Source: Camelus ferus (Eukaryota). From it: 64,000 nt of DNA. The DNA lies in contig NC_045697.1 of the NCBI RefSeq assembly GCF_009834535.1, positions 61,506,001 to 61,570,000 on the forward strand, in the 5' to 3' direction. Below the pieces are notes generated by a model. That model did not search any database. It was not told where the DNA came from and saw only the letters and a list, made by a program, of their open reading frames with translations. A program made the position numbers and the translations under genes. Within the stretch, counting starts at the first letter, position 1. The number at the start of each line of letters is the position of its first letter. Shown here one piece after another: positions 63,435-64,000 of this stretch.

Positions 63435-64000
63435 ACTGGAGCTCCTGTTAAGGCATGGTGGCTTAGCCCACTATAACTCTTTCTTCACACTGATTACAAC
63501 TAAAAACTCTAGATGAAAGGCAAAATAACTACCTAAAGAATCTAGAAAAATAAAGGAAATTGGGCAGATTATGAAGGAAAACTAAAACTTTGAAAAGTAA
63601 CCTAAGTGAACAGCTAAAATTCTATAGAAACTCCATCTTCCTAGCCCAGCAAAGTAGCCTCTGTAGGTTGGAGGGGTGGAGGAATCACAGAGAAAATAGA
63701 GCTGAAGAAGACAGGCCACTGATTGTGAGCATGAATCATCACAAGCTTCAGATTCACCCCTAAGCTATGCCTGTGTGGGACAGAACCAAATCAGTGTAGC
63801 AAAGGCTTACAGAACTGGACTGTGATTTGAAACACCACCTACAGAAGGCAACAGAACTTAAGGTCTGAAATTACCTGGATTGAATGCTGCTAAAACAAAC
63901 ACATCAACATGCTCTAGAGAATCGTAACAAGACCCAGAATCGATAGAAATTAATATTCACAATGTTCAGAACATAATTCAGAATTACTCAATGTATAAAA
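63435..64000 (+). mobile_element. Old L1M 5' region fragment running off the window
   Basis: cactgattacaactaaaaactctaga; ttcacccctaagctatgc..gggacagaaccaaa; aatattcacaatgttcaga..aattactcaa. Confidence 0.55.

Noticed and set aside
1..64000. Prokaryotic-style novel system (CRISPR, operon, defence island) and the remaining 60-120 aa ORFs
   Set aside because: This is mammalian repeat-rich DNA with no spacer arrays or gene clusters; the short ORFs look like chance frames or lie within repeats

Overview
AT-rich mammalian nuclear DNA, very probably from a camelid (alpaca/llama/camel), because it carries three copies of the camelid Vic-1-type tRNA-derived SINE. There is no prokaryotic-type system, CRISPR array, rRNA or genuine tRNA gene. 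Interspersed repeats fill a large part of the window: L1 (including one young 5'-truncated copy with an almost intact ORF2 C-terminus), L2, L3/CR1, MIR, ERV1/ERVL/MaLR solo LTRs, and DNA-transposon fossils (Tigger/MER47, MER94, MER91 and a near full-length decayed hAT transposase). All large L1 fragments lie on the + strand, which suggests the window is inside a large minus-strand transcription unit. Several short minus-strand candidate exons have good splice sites and compatible phases, but I could not identify the gene and they may be pseudo-exons. The most interesting items are retroelement biology: an ERV LTR transcript apparently retroposed by L1, a half-L1-like element, a MER41-like LTR keeping a GAS motif, and an old-type L1 tail nested in a younger L1. 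Repeat family names come from recalled consensus sequences, not from a search, and boundaries of old repeats are approximate.
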